Source of the DNA: an uncultured Gammaproteobacteria bacterium
GTDB taxonomy: Bacteria > Pseudomonadota > Gammaproteobacteria > Magnimaribacterales > D2472
Direction: 5' to 3'
DNA: 64,000 nucleotides
Assembly: GCA_964546275.1 (NCBI GenBank)
Contig: CAZJJG010000002.1
Coordinates: 11,619 to 75,618 of the forward strand
The first letter of the stretch is position 1, and each line of letters opens with the position of its first letter. A program made the translations under genes and the position numbers. This document shows positions 40,177 through 49,447 of this stretch, piece by piece. The notes beneath the pieces were generated by a model that worked only from the letters and a program-made list of their open reading frames with translations, was not told the origin of the DNA and made no database searches.

Positions 40177-41903
40177 TGATTAAAAATCTAAAAATCTTTG
40201 TAATAGTTGTATGTGCTTTTTCTTATAATTTGCATGCACAAACGCTTGCCTTAAACCCAAGCTCCATTACTCATCCTGTTTTAGCAACTAATGGGATGGT
40301 TGCTTCACAGCATTATCTTGCTTCAAAGGTTGGAGAGGATATCTTAAGTAAAGGTGGAAATGCATATGATGCAGCAGTAGCTGTTGGATTCGCGCTTGCT
40401 GTAGTTCTTCCAAGAGCTGGTAATATTGGTGGCGGTGGATTTATGGTCATGCATGACGCTTCATCAAAAGAGAATTATTCTATAGATTACAGAGAAAAGG
40501 CTCCATTAAAAGCATCAAGAGATATGTATTTAAATGAAGATGGGTCAGTTAATTATCTACGATCGACTATTGGATATCTTGCAATTGGAGTTCCTGGAAC
40601 AGTTTATGGGATGTGGGAAGTTCATAAAAAATTTGGTTCCATGCCTTGGGAAGAATTAGTTCAACCTTCTATTGATTTAGCAAAAAATGGTTTTGTTATG
40701 TCTCCATATATGACTATGACCCTCAATAGATCTCACAAAAAACTAAGTCAATTTTCTGAAACAGAATCTATCTTTTATGAAGATTTTCCAATTGAATTTA
40801 ATACTCTTCTTGTTCAGCCTGATCTTGCAAATACTTTAACTCTTATTGCTCAAAATGGAGTGGCAGGTTTTTATGAGGGCGAAGTTGCTGACAAGATAGT
40901 TAGTGCAATGAAAGAAAATGGCGGTTTAATTTCACATCGAGATCTTAAAAAATATAAACCTAGCTGGAGAAAGCCTTTAAAAGGTTTTTATAGAGGCCTG
41001 GATATTATAACAATGGGGCCTCCGTCTTCAGGTGGAATACATTTAATTCAAATGCTAAATATCCTTGAAAATCATGATTTAAATAATCTTGGCCATAATA
41101 ATCCAAGATATGTATCTTTGTTAGCTGAGGTTATGAAATATGCATATGCAGATAGGTCAAAGTACCTAGGAGATCCAGATTTTTTTGATGTTCCAATACA
41201 AGAACTTACTAGTAAGGAGTATGCCACAGCAATAAATCAAAAATTAAAACTCTATGCATTTATGACGCCGCCTCCGGCACCCTCCTCTTCAGTTAAACCT
41301 GGCCAATTTATGAAGAAAGAAAGTATGGAGACAACGCATTACTCTATTGCAGATAAGTATGGGAATATTATCTCAAATACCTACACGTTAAATTCATCAT
41401 ATGGTTCAGGAGTAACTATTCCAGGAACAGGTATTCTTATGAATAATGAAATGGACGACTTTTCAGCATCTCCTGGCTCACCAAATCAATTTGGCTTATT
41501 AGGCGGTGAGGCAAATAAAATAGTTCCAGAAAAAAGACCGCTTAGCTCTATGACTCCTTCAATAATATTAAAAGATGGAATGCCATATTTTGCTACCGGA
41601 ACTCCAGGTGGTTCAAGAATTATTACAAGCGTTCTTCAGTCAATTTTAAATGTTGTGGATTTTGAAATGGAGGTCTCAGATGCTATTTTGGCACCAAGAG
41701 TCCATCATCAGTGGTATCCAGATGTTCTTCAGTTAGAAAAGTCATATAATTCACTGCATGCTGAATCTTTAGCTAAAAAAGGTTATGAAATTAAAATGAT
41801 TAATCCTGGAACAGCTCTTCAGATGGTGATGATTAAAAATAATTTTTATTATGGATTTGGGGATACTAGAAGACCAGACTCATTAGCAATTGGAGTAAAT
41901 TAG
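40176..41903 (+). CDS. ggt: Gamma-glutamyltransferase
   Basis: It has GGT blocks (GGNAYDAAVAVGFALAVV; GNIGGGGFM), the autoprocessing Thr in ESMETTHYSIAD and GTPGGSRIIT. I favour the in-frame GTG at 40176 (TAGTG overlap with the upstream stop), which gives the signal peptide (M)IKNLKIFVIVVCAFSYNLHA. The track ATG at 40140 is the alternative. Confidence 0.85.
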   Translation: MIKNLKIFVIVVCAFSYNLHAQTLALNPSSITHPVLATNGMVASQHYLASKVGEDILSKGGNAYDAAVAVGFALAVVLPRAGNIGGGGFMVMHDASSKENYSIDYREKAPLKASRDMYLNEDGSVNYLRSTIGYLAIGVPGTVYGMWEVHKKFGSMPWEELVQPSIDLAKNGFVMSPYMTMTLNRSHKKLSQFSETESIFYEDFPIEFNTLLVQPDLANTLTLIAQNGVAGFYEGEVADKIVSAMKENGGLISHRDLKKYKPSWRKPLKGFYRGLDIITMGPPSSGGIHLIQMLNILENHDLNNLGHNNPRYVSLLAEVMKYAYADRSKYLGDPDFFDVPIQELTSKEYATAINQKLKLYAFMTPPPAPSSSVKPGQFMKKESMETTHYSIADKYGNIISNTYTLNSSYGSGVTIPGTGILMNNEMDDFSASPGSPNQFGLLGGEANKIVPEKRPLSSMTPSIILKDGMPYFATGTPGGSRIITSVLQSILNVVDFEMEVSDAILAPRVHHQWYPDVLQLEKSYNSLHAESLAKKGYEIKMINPGTALQMVMIKNNFYYGFGDTRRPDSLAIGVN

Positions 41904-42002
41904 ATGTTAGATAAAATTCTTGTTATAAGTGCCTATGCATTACCAGCAATCATGCTATTAATTTTTTGTTTTAAAATTTCAAAAAAATAAATTTCTCTTA
42001 AC

Positions 42003-42752
42003 ATGGTAATTAACCTTCTTTTGTTAGCCTCTTTGGGCGCTTGCATTGGTAGCTTTTCATCTATGCTGATGTATAGATTACCCCTAATTAAAGACAAGAA
42101 CTCAATTGGATTATCTTATCCAAGATCTCATTGCCCTCAATGCAAATCACAATTGAAAATGGGGATGCTTGTCCCTATTTTTAGTTACATATTTCAAACA
42201 GGTAAATGCGCATCTTGTAAAAATAACATTGGAATAGCTTATTTCTTAAATGAAATTATTCATGTTGTTGCAATCCTTTTTGTATGGATGAACTTTGGAT
42301 TTACTATTGAAGCTTGTGTTCATTACCTAATTTTTAGTATTTTTTATATTTTATTTTTTTTAGATCTTAAATACTTATATTTACCCTTGTTGTTGAATAC
42401 ATCTCTAATAGCAATAGGCCTTTTAACTAACTTTGCAATGAATACTTTTGCGCCTATTGAAGAAGCTCTAGTTGGATTGATTGCTGGATACTCGTCTCTT
42501 TGGCTTATTAATAAGGCATTTAAGCTTATTAAAAATAAAGATGGAATTGGTGGTGGAGATTTTATTTTATTAGGAGGTATAGGAAGTATATTTGGCATCT
42601 ATGCACTAGGTCCAATAGTCTTCTTGGGCTCAAGCATTTCGATAGTAATATTTATTCTCAGCGGAAGTAATAAAGATGATGAAATTCCTCTTGGATCAGG
42701 TCTTATTTTAGGCTCTATAATTTTTTACTTAATTAAAACCCAACTTATTTAA
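42003..42752 (+). CDS. gspO: Prepilin peptidase / N-methyltransferase (GspO/PilD family)
   Basis: 249 aa with GSFSSMLMYRLP, the two Cys pairs CPQC...CASC and the catalytic Asp regions (FFLDLKYLYLP; GGGDFILLGGIG). Confidence 0.85.
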   Translation: MVINLLLLASLGACIGSFSSMLMYRLPLIKDKNSIGLSYPRSHCPQCKSQLKMGMLVPIFSYIFQTGKCASCKNNIGIAYFLNEIIHVVAILFVWMNFGFTIEACVHYLIFSIFYILFFLDLKYLYLPLLLNTSLIAIGLLTNFAMNTFAPIEEALVGLIAGYSSLWLINKAFKLIKNKDGIGGGDFILLGGIGSIFGIYALGPIVFLGSSISIVIFILSGSNKDDEIPLGSGLILGSIIFYLIKTQLI

Positions 42753-42845
42753 TAAAGTATAGAACTTTTTATATTTAAGCTGGTCTATATATATGTTGGT
42801 GCTGTTATCTCCTCTAATATGTTGATAAGTTTCCCCTAGAACCAA

Positions 42846-42876
42846 CAAAAAAGCGGGCTTAAAGCCCGCTTTTTAT
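42846..42876. terminator. Bidirectional rho-independent terminator
   Basis: GC-rich stem AGCGGGC / GCCCGCT flanked by an A-run (5') and a T-run (3'). It lies between convergent genes ending at 42752 (+) and 42895 (-). Confidence 0.7.
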
Positions 42877-42894
42877 TTGAAATAACAAGAAAAA

Positions 42895-43590
42895 CTATTT
42901 CAAATCAACTCGAACTAATAAATCATCTGAATGGCTAATTACATGCATATTCTTATCACCCATTTTTTCACCAATGATTGCATAGATTTTGTTAGCTTTA
43001 TCAGCAAAATCTTTATAGTCATCAAATCCACAACTCATATACCAAGCATTTTCTGGTCCCCATTGATGATCATATAAATTACAAGCACCAAATGCTTCTA
43101 GAAAATGATCAAATAAACCTTTGGCTTCTGCGGCAGCTTCGTTCAATGTTAGTGTCGTCATATCAAAATTCCATCTCATATTTAAAATATAGTTTGGAGC
43201 TGTTGTCATATGTTTCTCAACTATGGCAACGATGTGATCGGTATGTGAGTCAAAGTTTTGTTTCTCATTTAAATTAGGCTCTTCATTATCCATAATTTCA
43301 GCTAATTGATATAAATCATCAAAGTAACAAAAAGTATAAAAACCTCTCATTTCACCAAATTCATGTCTGTAAAGTCCACATGCATTAAATCCAGCTTTCA
43401 TTTGATCTTTCTGATATTGAATGAGCTCTCTTTGCAAAGGAGCATAAGCACTTCCTTTGGCTAACCCATAGGTTGAAAGTAATGCAGAATTATTAGCGTG
43501 AACTGATGCAGTCTCTTCTGACTTCTCATGATGCATAGCAAAACTTGCTGAACCAAATACTAACAATGCTGTTAATAATATATTTTTCAT
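42895..43590 (-). CDS. Hypothetical exported protein with an internal tandem duplication
   Basis: 231 aa with a signal peptide (LLTALLVFGSASFA). Two ~95-aa units align: FNACGLYRHEFGEMRGFYTFCYFDDLYQLAEI against FGACNLYDHQWGPENAWYMSCGFDDYKDFADK. No family is recognised. Confidence 0.55.
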   Translation of the reverse strand: MKNILLTALLVFGSASFAMHHEKSEETASVHANNSALLSTYGLAKGSAYAPLQRELIQYQKDQMKAGFNACGLYRHEFGEMRGFYTFCYFDDLYQLAEIMDNEEPNLNEKQNFDSHTDHIVAIVEKHMTTAPNYILNMRWNFDMTTLTLNEAAAEAKGLFDHFLEAFGACNLYDHQWGPENAWYMSCGFDDYKDFADKANKIYAIIGEKMGDKNMHVISHSDDLLVRVDLK

Positions 43591-43682
43591 AACCTTCTCC
43601 TTTATATGTATTAACCTAAATATATCCTAATTTTATATTAAAAAATATCTAAAACACGTCTAGAAATTTAACACAAAGTAAG

Positions 43683-43705
43683 ATTAAGCAAGAAGATTGC
43701 TTAAT
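43683..43705 (-). terminator. Hairpin downstream of tRNA-Gly (possible terminator)
   Basis: 9-bp stem ATTAAGCAA / TTGCTTAAT with a 5-nt loop, 18 nt after the tRNA 3' end. The trailing U-tract on the minus strand is poor. Confidence 0.35.
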
Positions 43706-43722
43706 ATTTTACTTAGAGAGAT

Positions 43723-43797
43723 TGGAGCGGGTAGACAGGATCGAACTGTCATCAAAAGGTTGGAAACCTCTTATAATAGCCATTATACGATACCCGC
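43723..43797 (-). tRNA. tRNA-Gly (anticodon UCC), CCA encoded
   Basis: The reverse complement is GCGGGTATCGTATAATGGCTATTATAAGAGGTTTCCAACCTTTTGATGACAGTTCGATCCTGTCTACCCGCTCCA. It shows a 7-bp acceptor stem, an anticodon loop TTTCCAA and a T-arm GACAG-TTCGATC-CTGTC. It is collinear with E. coli glyT as I remember it. Confidence 0.95.
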
Positions 43798-43886
43798 GTG
43801 GGATGGAATTATAAAGCAAATAGATATCAAATAGAAGAAGAAATGGGGGTAAAAATAACCATTTAGTCATTCAGGAATAATAAATT

Positions 43887-44621
43887 CTAGAGTACTTTAT
43901 AGCCTTTATAGGAAGAAGCTGATTTGCATGTTGACTGAGAATTAAATGCCTCTTGAATAAGAATTGAATCCTCTTCTTCTACCCAACCTTTATATAAAAT
44001 TTCTTTGTCTAATTCTGATCCAAGATAATTCATCCAAATAAATTTATTAGATGACATATTTGCTTGTTGAAATTTTGCAAAGTAAGAAACGTCTTTTTTT
44101 CTAACTAAGTTTAAAAAAGAATCTACTTCAATTGAGAATGTTCCGTAATTAAAACCTTCATTAAATTCACAGTAAAGAATTTCTACTTCAAATGAATTTA
44201 ACTGTTGAGATAAATCTTCTATAAAAATATCCATTGAAAAAAGTTCATCTTCCTTCAATTCACATACTGCTATCGATTCTATACCTTCTTTATTTAAAAG
44301 ATCAGTTATTTTTGTAGAATTAAAATCATTTTTATTATCAGAATACAGAATAGAAAATATATTTATATTGTTCTTTTGATTAAAAAGAAACTCTAAACTA
44401 ATTTCAGAAGAAAGGATTTTAGCTTTTGCTACTAGTCCAGGAATAAAAGCTTCCAAGCGGTTTAAAGATTTATCTTTTTCGAGTGTGCAATCATACCTAG
44501 CTTGCTTTGCTAAAAAGTTAGGTTTAATTAGCGAGCTAGATCTAATATCGTCAAAATTGGTGACGTCAGAGCAAGAAGCAATATTAAAAATGATAAAAAA
44601 TGAAACTAGATATTTAATCAA
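43887..44621 (-). CDS. Hypothetical lipoprotein
   Basis: 244 aa with a signal peptide ending in the lipobox IASC|SD. No family is recognised. Cys-containing segments recur in two halves (YDCTLEK.../ILYCEFNEG...). Confidence 0.5.
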   Translation of the reverse strand: MIKYLVSFFIIFNIASCSDVTNFDDIRSSSLIKPNFLAKQARYDCTLEKDKSLNRLEAFIPGLVAKAKILSSEISLEFLFNQKNNINIFSILYSDNKNDFNSTKITDLLNKEGIESIAVCELKEDELFSMDIFIEDLSQQLNSFEVEILYCEFNEGFNYGTFSIEVDSFLNLVRKKDVSYFAKFQQANMSSNKFIWMNYLGSELDKEILYKGWVEEEDSILIQEAFNSQSTCKSASSYKGYKVL

Positions 44622-44659
44622 ATGTATTTGTACAGATATTAAGATAAAATGATTTTACC

Positions 44660-45640
44660 ATGAAAAAAAATCACAATATCACGATATTTTCTCTCTTATT
44701 TTTATTACCCATATCATTTATTTCAGCTGAAGAGTATAAATTTGGTTTAGGCTCATGCATTCATCAAGATGATCCTCAGCCGATATGGAATTCTGTTAAA
44801 AAAGATGATATTAACAGTTTTATTTTTTTAGGTGACAACGTTTATGGTGACTCAGCATCGCTAAGATTAGACAAAATGGCTAAAGCATATGCAAAGCAGA
44901 AAAAAGTTTTTCCCTTATGGCTTAAAGAAAAAGAAGTTTTAGCAATATGGGATGATCATGATTATGGAAAAAATGATGGTGGCGGAGAATATCGTCTTAA
45001 AAAAGAGGCTCAAAAATTATTTGTAGATTTTTGGGATATTCCTAAAAACGATATCAGACAAACAAGGGAAGGAATTTATTTTAATCTTATTAAAAATGTT
45101 GATAACTTAAAAATTAATATTATTGGTCTTGATACTAGGTATTTTAGATCTGAGTTAAAAGGACCCAAAGGTAACTATATTGATAATAAAGATTTAGATG
45201 CATCAATGTTAGGTGATGCTCAATGGAAGTGGTTATCAATGGTTATAAATACTGAATCTGATTTAGTTGTGCTGCTGACCTCAATCCAGCTTTTAGCAAC
45301 TGAACATCAATATGAAAAATGGTCTAACTTTTCTCTAGAAAGAAATAAATTGATTAGCCTAATTCAAGCCTCAGGAAAACAAGTAATAGTAATATCTGGA
45401 GATAGGCATAGGGGCGGTATATATAAATATAAAAATATTTATGAGTTAACAGCTTCATCAATGAATAAGACTGCTAGTCCAGTTTTTGAAACAGATTCTC
45501 TATTAATTGGAGAAACGCACTTTGAAGAAAACTATGGAATTATGTCTATAAATACATCTGATAAGGTAATAAAGTTAATTTTAAAAGATAAAGATGGTGC
45601 TATTCTTGAATCTATTACTACCCCTATAAGCGGTCATTAA
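44660..45640 (+). CDS. PhoD-like metallophosphatase (alkaline phosphatase D family, short form), Sec-exported
   Basis: 326 aa with a signal peptide (no twin-Arg) and the metallophosphatase motifs FLGDNVYGD, WDDHDYGKNDGG and SGDRHRGG. Confidence 0.65.
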   Translation: MKKNHNITIFSLLFLLPISFISAEEYKFGLGSCIHQDDPQPIWNSVKKDDINSFIFLGDNVYGDSASLRLDKMAKAYAKQKKVFPLWLKEKEVLAIWDDHDYGKNDGGGEYRLKKEAQKLFVDFWDIPKNDIRQTREGIYFNLIKNVDNLKINIIGLDTRYFRSELKGPKGNYIDNKDLDASMLGDAQWKWLSMVINTESDLVVLLTSIQLLATEHQYEKWSNFSLERNKLISLIQASGKQVIVISGDRHRGGIYKYKNIYELTASSMNKTASPVFETDSLLIGETHFEENYGIMSINTSDKVIKLILKDKDGAILESITTPISGH

Positions 45641-47136
45641 TGAGCTCACTTGGCATTATCTTTCCAGATCAGCTTTCAAAAAATAATAAGGTATATGAAT
45701 CGTTATCGAGTGAAGATGATTTGCTTATCTACGAGCCTGTTGAAGCGTTTTATAAGAATACATACCACAAGCAAAAGTTAGTATTTTTATTAGCTTCATT
45801 AAGAAATCTCAAAGAAGTCCTTTCTCCTAAATTTAATATTATTCACGAAAAAATCAGCCCACAAAGAACAAAATTTTTAAACTCATATTTAAATGAGTTA
45901 TTTAAAAAGAATGATTATGACGAAATATTTGTTACTAAGCCTGGTGATTACCAAACCCTTTCTGAATTAATGTTTTTTGCGCAGAGCCGAGGAAAGGTTT
46001 TGCATATTTTGGAAGATACAAAATTTATTTCCGAATTAGATGACTTTAAAGATTGGGCTGATGGTAAAAAAAGTTTAGTACAAGAGTTTTATTATAGATG
46101 GCTAAGAAAAAAATATTCTATTTTGATGGATGATGGTAAACCTGTTTCAGGAAAATGGAATTTGGATAAAGAAAATAGAGCTAGTATTTCAAAATTAAAA
46201 GAAGCTCCACCGGAAAGACTAAAAAATCCTATAGATTCCATAACTTTTGACGTTATGGTAGAAATTGAGAAAATATTTCCTAAATCATACGGAGACTTGG
46301 AGAAATTTAATTGGGTAGTAACTCATAAAGATGCCTGGATAAATCTCCAAGATTTTTTAGATAGATATTTATTCAACTACGGGACATTTCAAGATGCAAT
46401 TAATAAAGATGATCCTTTTGTATTTCATTCTCTCCTTTCACCTTATTTAAATATTGGATTGCTTGATCCTATGGATTGTATAAATGAATGTGAAAGAAGA
46501 TTTCGCGATCCATCTAATGATATTCCGTTAAATTCAGTTGAAGGCTTTATTAGGCAGATTCTAGGCTGGCGAGAGTTCATAAGAGGAGTTTACTGGGAAA
46601 ATATGCCTGAATATAAAGGTTTAAATTTTTGGAGTCACAAGGGTAAACTTAATTCAAATTGGTATGAGGGTAATACAGGTATACCCCCTTTGGATGACGC
46701 AATTCAAGAAACCTTAGACTATGGGTATACCCATCATATTAATAGATTGATGATTATTTCAAATATAATGAATCTATCTAGAGTAAGCCCGCACCATATG
46801 TATGATTGGTTTATGGAGATGTATGTAGATGCTCATGATTGGGTTATGGTTCCCAATGTATATGGCATGGGAACTTATGCTGACGGTGGTATTTTTTCAA
46901 CTAAACCTTATATTTGCGGTTCAAGTTACATGTTAAGAATGTCCAACTATAAAAAGGGAGATTGGTGTGATGTTGTTGATGGTTTATATTGGAAATTTAT
47001 CGAGGACAATATTAGTTTTTTTAAAAAAAGTCCAAGGCTTGCTCTTATGCCAAGAGCATTAGAGAAACTAAACAAGGATCGAAAAAGGTTAATCTTTAGC
47101 GCAGCTGAAGAATTTATTAAAAGAAATACCTATTAG
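45640..47136 (+). CDS. Cryptochrome/photolyase-family protein (COG3046-type, (6-4) photolyase/CryB-related)
   Basis: 498 aa with N-terminal IFPDQL...HKQKLVFLLASLRN and C-terminal GYTHHINRLMIISN...MEMYVDAHDWVMVPNVYGM...KPYICGSSYMLRMSNY, typical of the 'photolyase-related protein' family. Confidence 0.8.
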   Translation: MSSLGIIFPDQLSKNNKVYESLSSEDDLLIYEPVEAFYKNTYHKQKLVFLLASLRNLKEVLSPKFNIIHEKISPQRTKFLNSYLNELFKKNDYDEIFVTKPGDYQTLSELMFFAQSRGKVLHILEDTKFISELDDFKDWADGKKSLVQEFYYRWLRKKYSILMDDGKPVSGKWNLDKENRASISKLKEAPPERLKNPIDSITFDVMVEIEKIFPKSYGDLEKFNWVVTHKDAWINLQDFLDRYLFNYGTFQDAINKDDPFVFHSLLSPYLNIGLLDPMDCINECERRFRDPSNDIPLNSVEGFIRQILGWREFIRGVYWENMPEYKGLNFWSHKGKLNSNWYEGNTGIPPLDDAIQETLDYGYTHHINRLMIISNIMNLSRVSPHHMYDWFMEMYVDAHDWVMVPNVYGMGTYADGGIFSTKPYICGSSYMLRMSNYKKGDWCDVVDGLYWKFIEDNISFFKKSPRLALMPRALEKLNKDRKRLIFSAAEEFIKRNTY

Positions 47137-47993
47137 TCAGAATAGTCTAGATCGGAGAGCATAAATGGAATGGCGGCCTCTGACATTTGCTTGGTATCAT
47201 GATTTACCCCTCTCACAAGCTGATACTTCCATCGAAAAGGTACCTGGAAATAATTTCCAACATTGATTAACGAATTAAAATAGTTTTTACCTCTCATCAG
47301 CCTATCAGAGCCCTGCTCCATAGAGCCTTTGGTCTTATTTAAACTCTTTGATAATGGATCATTGTCTTTACTGCCTAACAAGAGCAGAACCTCTCTAGAC
47401 ATAAGCCATTCCAACCTACCTGGCTCTAGTGGCATATTTTTAATTCCCCAAGGAAATGGCTTGGATTCAACAAAGGTATACCAGCCAGCGCTTCCTATAG
47501 CTGCTCTTTCTATAGCCTGATCTTCTCCATACATAAGATATCTATGAATAAACTGAGATCCTCCTGAAAACCCAAACATTAAATATGTATCACTCTCTAA
47601 ATTATATTTACTTTGAAAATATGTATAAAAAGATTTTATAGAACCTGTTAGCCATGTATTTTTATCTGTATTGATAACTCCTGAAGATGTCGACATTTCA
47701 AGCGTGTGATAAGAGCGAAAATTTCTTTTAATAAAATGTGGAGCTACCAAAATTATATTCTTATCTTTTGAGCTCTCTATCCATTGCTCTAAGTAAAACT
47801 CTGCATTCCTGCTAGCGCCATGGATCACAAATAAGACCTTGGTATCTGAATTTATTTCTTTAGGAAGAACATACAACAGATCAACATCTGGTTTATTCCA
47901 GGCAGCATAAGTAACAATTTTAATGTCATTAGCAAAAATGTTGGAAGAAAGTATAAAAGCGGTAAAGAAGATGCTTCTAAAATAATGATTCAT
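47133..47993 (-). CDS. Secreted alpha/beta hydrolase (esterase/depolymerase-like)
   Basis: 286 aa with a signal peptide, an HG oxyanion region (FVIHGASRN), the nucleophile elbow GFSGGSQF and a late His (GVNHD). Confidence 0.6.
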   Translation of the reverse strand: MNHYFRSIFFTAFILSSNIFANDIKIVTYAAWNKPDVDLLYVLPKEINSDTKVLFVIHGASRNAEFYLEQWIESSKDKNIILVAPHFIKRNFRSYHTLEMSTSSGVINTDKNTWLTGSIKSFYTYFQSKYNLESDTYLMFGFSGGSQFIHRYLMYGEDQAIERAAIGSAGWYTFVESKPFPWGIKNMPLEPGRLEWLMSREVLLLLGSKDNDPLSKSLNKTKGSMEQGSDRLMRGKNYFNSLINVGNYFQVPFRWKYQLVRGVNHDTKQMSEAAIPFMLSDLDYSD

Positions 47994-48099
47994 AGATTTT
48001 TATCTTTTTTTTCAAAATAATATATATATGTTTAACATTCTATCAAGCTAATTATATTATTGGGTTAAAATACTCAAATAATATTGACCTTAACTATCT

Positions 48100-49224
48100 A
48101 TGCAGAAAGAAACTCTTGCAATGGCACAAAAAGATATCTCTAAAATTCATGAAAGCCCTTTTAAGCTTGTCTTTGTATCAAGCGGCGGCGGAACGAATGC
48201 AATATCTTCTATGCTTGAAGTTCCAGGAGCAAGTAATACAATCTTGGAATCTTATATTCCATATGCAAAAGAGTCCTTAAATGCCTACTTAAACAAAAAA
48301 CCTGATCATTATTGTAGTCTTGATACGAGTTTAAGTATGGCTGCACGAGCATTTCAAAAAGCTAAGAAATTAATGCCAGAAACTGATCCTAAATATCTAT
48401 TAGGCATCTCTGTAACTGCTAGTTTAGTTACAACCTATGAAAAGCTAGGGGAACATAAATTTTTTATAACTCTGCAGACAGAAAATTATAGTAAGACTGT
48501 AAGTTGTATTTTAGATAAAGGTATTCGTACTAGAGATGCAGAAGAAAATTTAGTTTCAGCATATATTTTTATGCTAATAGCTGAGGCCTGCAGTATAGAT
48601 TTTAAAAAACCTGTTCATAAAGAATCTGTGGATATAAATATTGTAAATGCATCAAAATCTTGGATTAAGTTAATAAACAATGAAATTAATTTTGTAAGTA
48701 ATCATAATAATTTTACGCCTGAGCTAATATTTCCAGGCTCATTTAATCCCTTGCATCAAGGTCATATTGAAATGAGAGAATTAGCTGAAAAAAGAACTGG
48801 CATGCAAGTAACGTTTGAAATATGTATTGAGAATGCAGAAAAGCCGCCTTTAACCTTTCATGAAATGAAGAGAACAATAGATCAATTTTCAAACAATGAC
48901 AGTTGGGTAATGACGAGGCATGGACGTTTTAGTGAAAAGGCAAAACTATTTCCTAATTCTGTATTTATTATTGGAGCTGATACATTGGTTAGAATAATGG
49001 ATGAAAAGTTTTATTTAAATCGAAGGGATCTTATTAGCCATATAGAAAGGTTTAATGATCATAATATTAACTTCCTCGTATTTGGTAGAAAGGTAAAAGA
49101 TAGCTTTGTAACTCTTGATCAAGTAGACGTACCTAAGTCTATTAAATCTAGATTTACTGGAATAGATGAAACAGGATTTAGGCAAGACATCTCTTCTAGA
49201 TCATTAAGATTAGAGAAAATTTAG
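48100..49224 (+). CDS. Fusion protein: CinA-C/PncC-like (NMN deamidase-like) domain plus NadD-like nucleotidyltransferase domain
   Basis: The N-terminal half parallels the CinA C-domain (LVFVSSGGGTNAISSMLEVPGASNTILESYIPYAKESL...GISVTASL). The C-terminal half has the HxGH motif (GSFNPLHQGH) and an ISSTxxR-like motif (DISSRSLR). Confidence 0.65.
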   Translation: MQKETLAMAQKDISKIHESPFKLVFVSSGGGTNAISSMLEVPGASNTILESYIPYAKESLNAYLNKKPDHYCSLDTSLSMAARAFQKAKKLMPETDPKYLLGISVTASLVTTYEKLGEHKFFITLQTENYSKTVSCILDKGIRTRDAEENLVSAYIFMLIAEACSIDFKKPVHKESVDINIVNASKSWIKLINNEINFVSNHNNFTPELIFPGSFNPLHQGHIEMRELAEKRTGMQVTFEICIENAEKPPLTFHEMKRTIDQFSNNDSWVMTRHGRFSEKAKLFPNSVFIIGADTLVRIMDEKFYLNRRDLISHIERFNDHNINFLVFGRKVKDSFVTLDQVDVPKSIKSRFTGIDETGFRQDISSRSLRLEKI

Positions 49225-49226
49225 GC

Positions 49227-49252
49227 AAAAAAAAACAGAGCCAGGCTCTGTT
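49227..49252. terminator. Rho-independent terminator, better formed for the minus strand
   Basis: Stem ACAGAGC / GCTCTGT. The minus strand reads hairpin + U9, while the plus strand reads hairpin + TTCTTC. It starts 3 nt after the stop of the 48100..49224 gene. Confidence 0.65.
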
Positions 49253-49447
49253 CTTCAGTTCGAGTTCCTTAGGGGTCTAAAGTGAGATTCTCTCTAGCTC
49301 CTTGAATTCTTTCTCTGGAATTCTTGGTGGGTTTTTTAAGCTCTTTTTTATCGTCGACTCTTAAAAACGCTTTCACCCTCAGGTCTCTTTCTATGTTCTC
49401 TCTCTAATTCTCGTCTGCAGTTGGTCTTTAGTCGGATGCGATAGGTA
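49227..49447 (-). ncRNA. Candidate ~220-nt small RNA of unknown class
   Basis: It is bounded by a near-consensus sigma70 promoter (TTGACA, 16 nt, TAGTAT) and the hairpin + U9 terminator. The segment is visibly GC-richer than its surroundings and purine-rich on the minus strand, and it contains no ATG. One local hairpin (CUUUAG-ACCC-CUAAGG) needs a G-U pair that forms only in the minus-strand RNA. Confidence 0.35.

Noticed and set aside
43683-44660. tRNA-Gly as the integration site of a genomic island (the genes downstream are accessory-looking).
   Set aside because: I saw no integrase or recombinase gene, no direct repeat of the tRNA 3' end further along by eye, and no obvious composition shift. 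The neighbouring genes fit the phosphorus and housekeeping theme.
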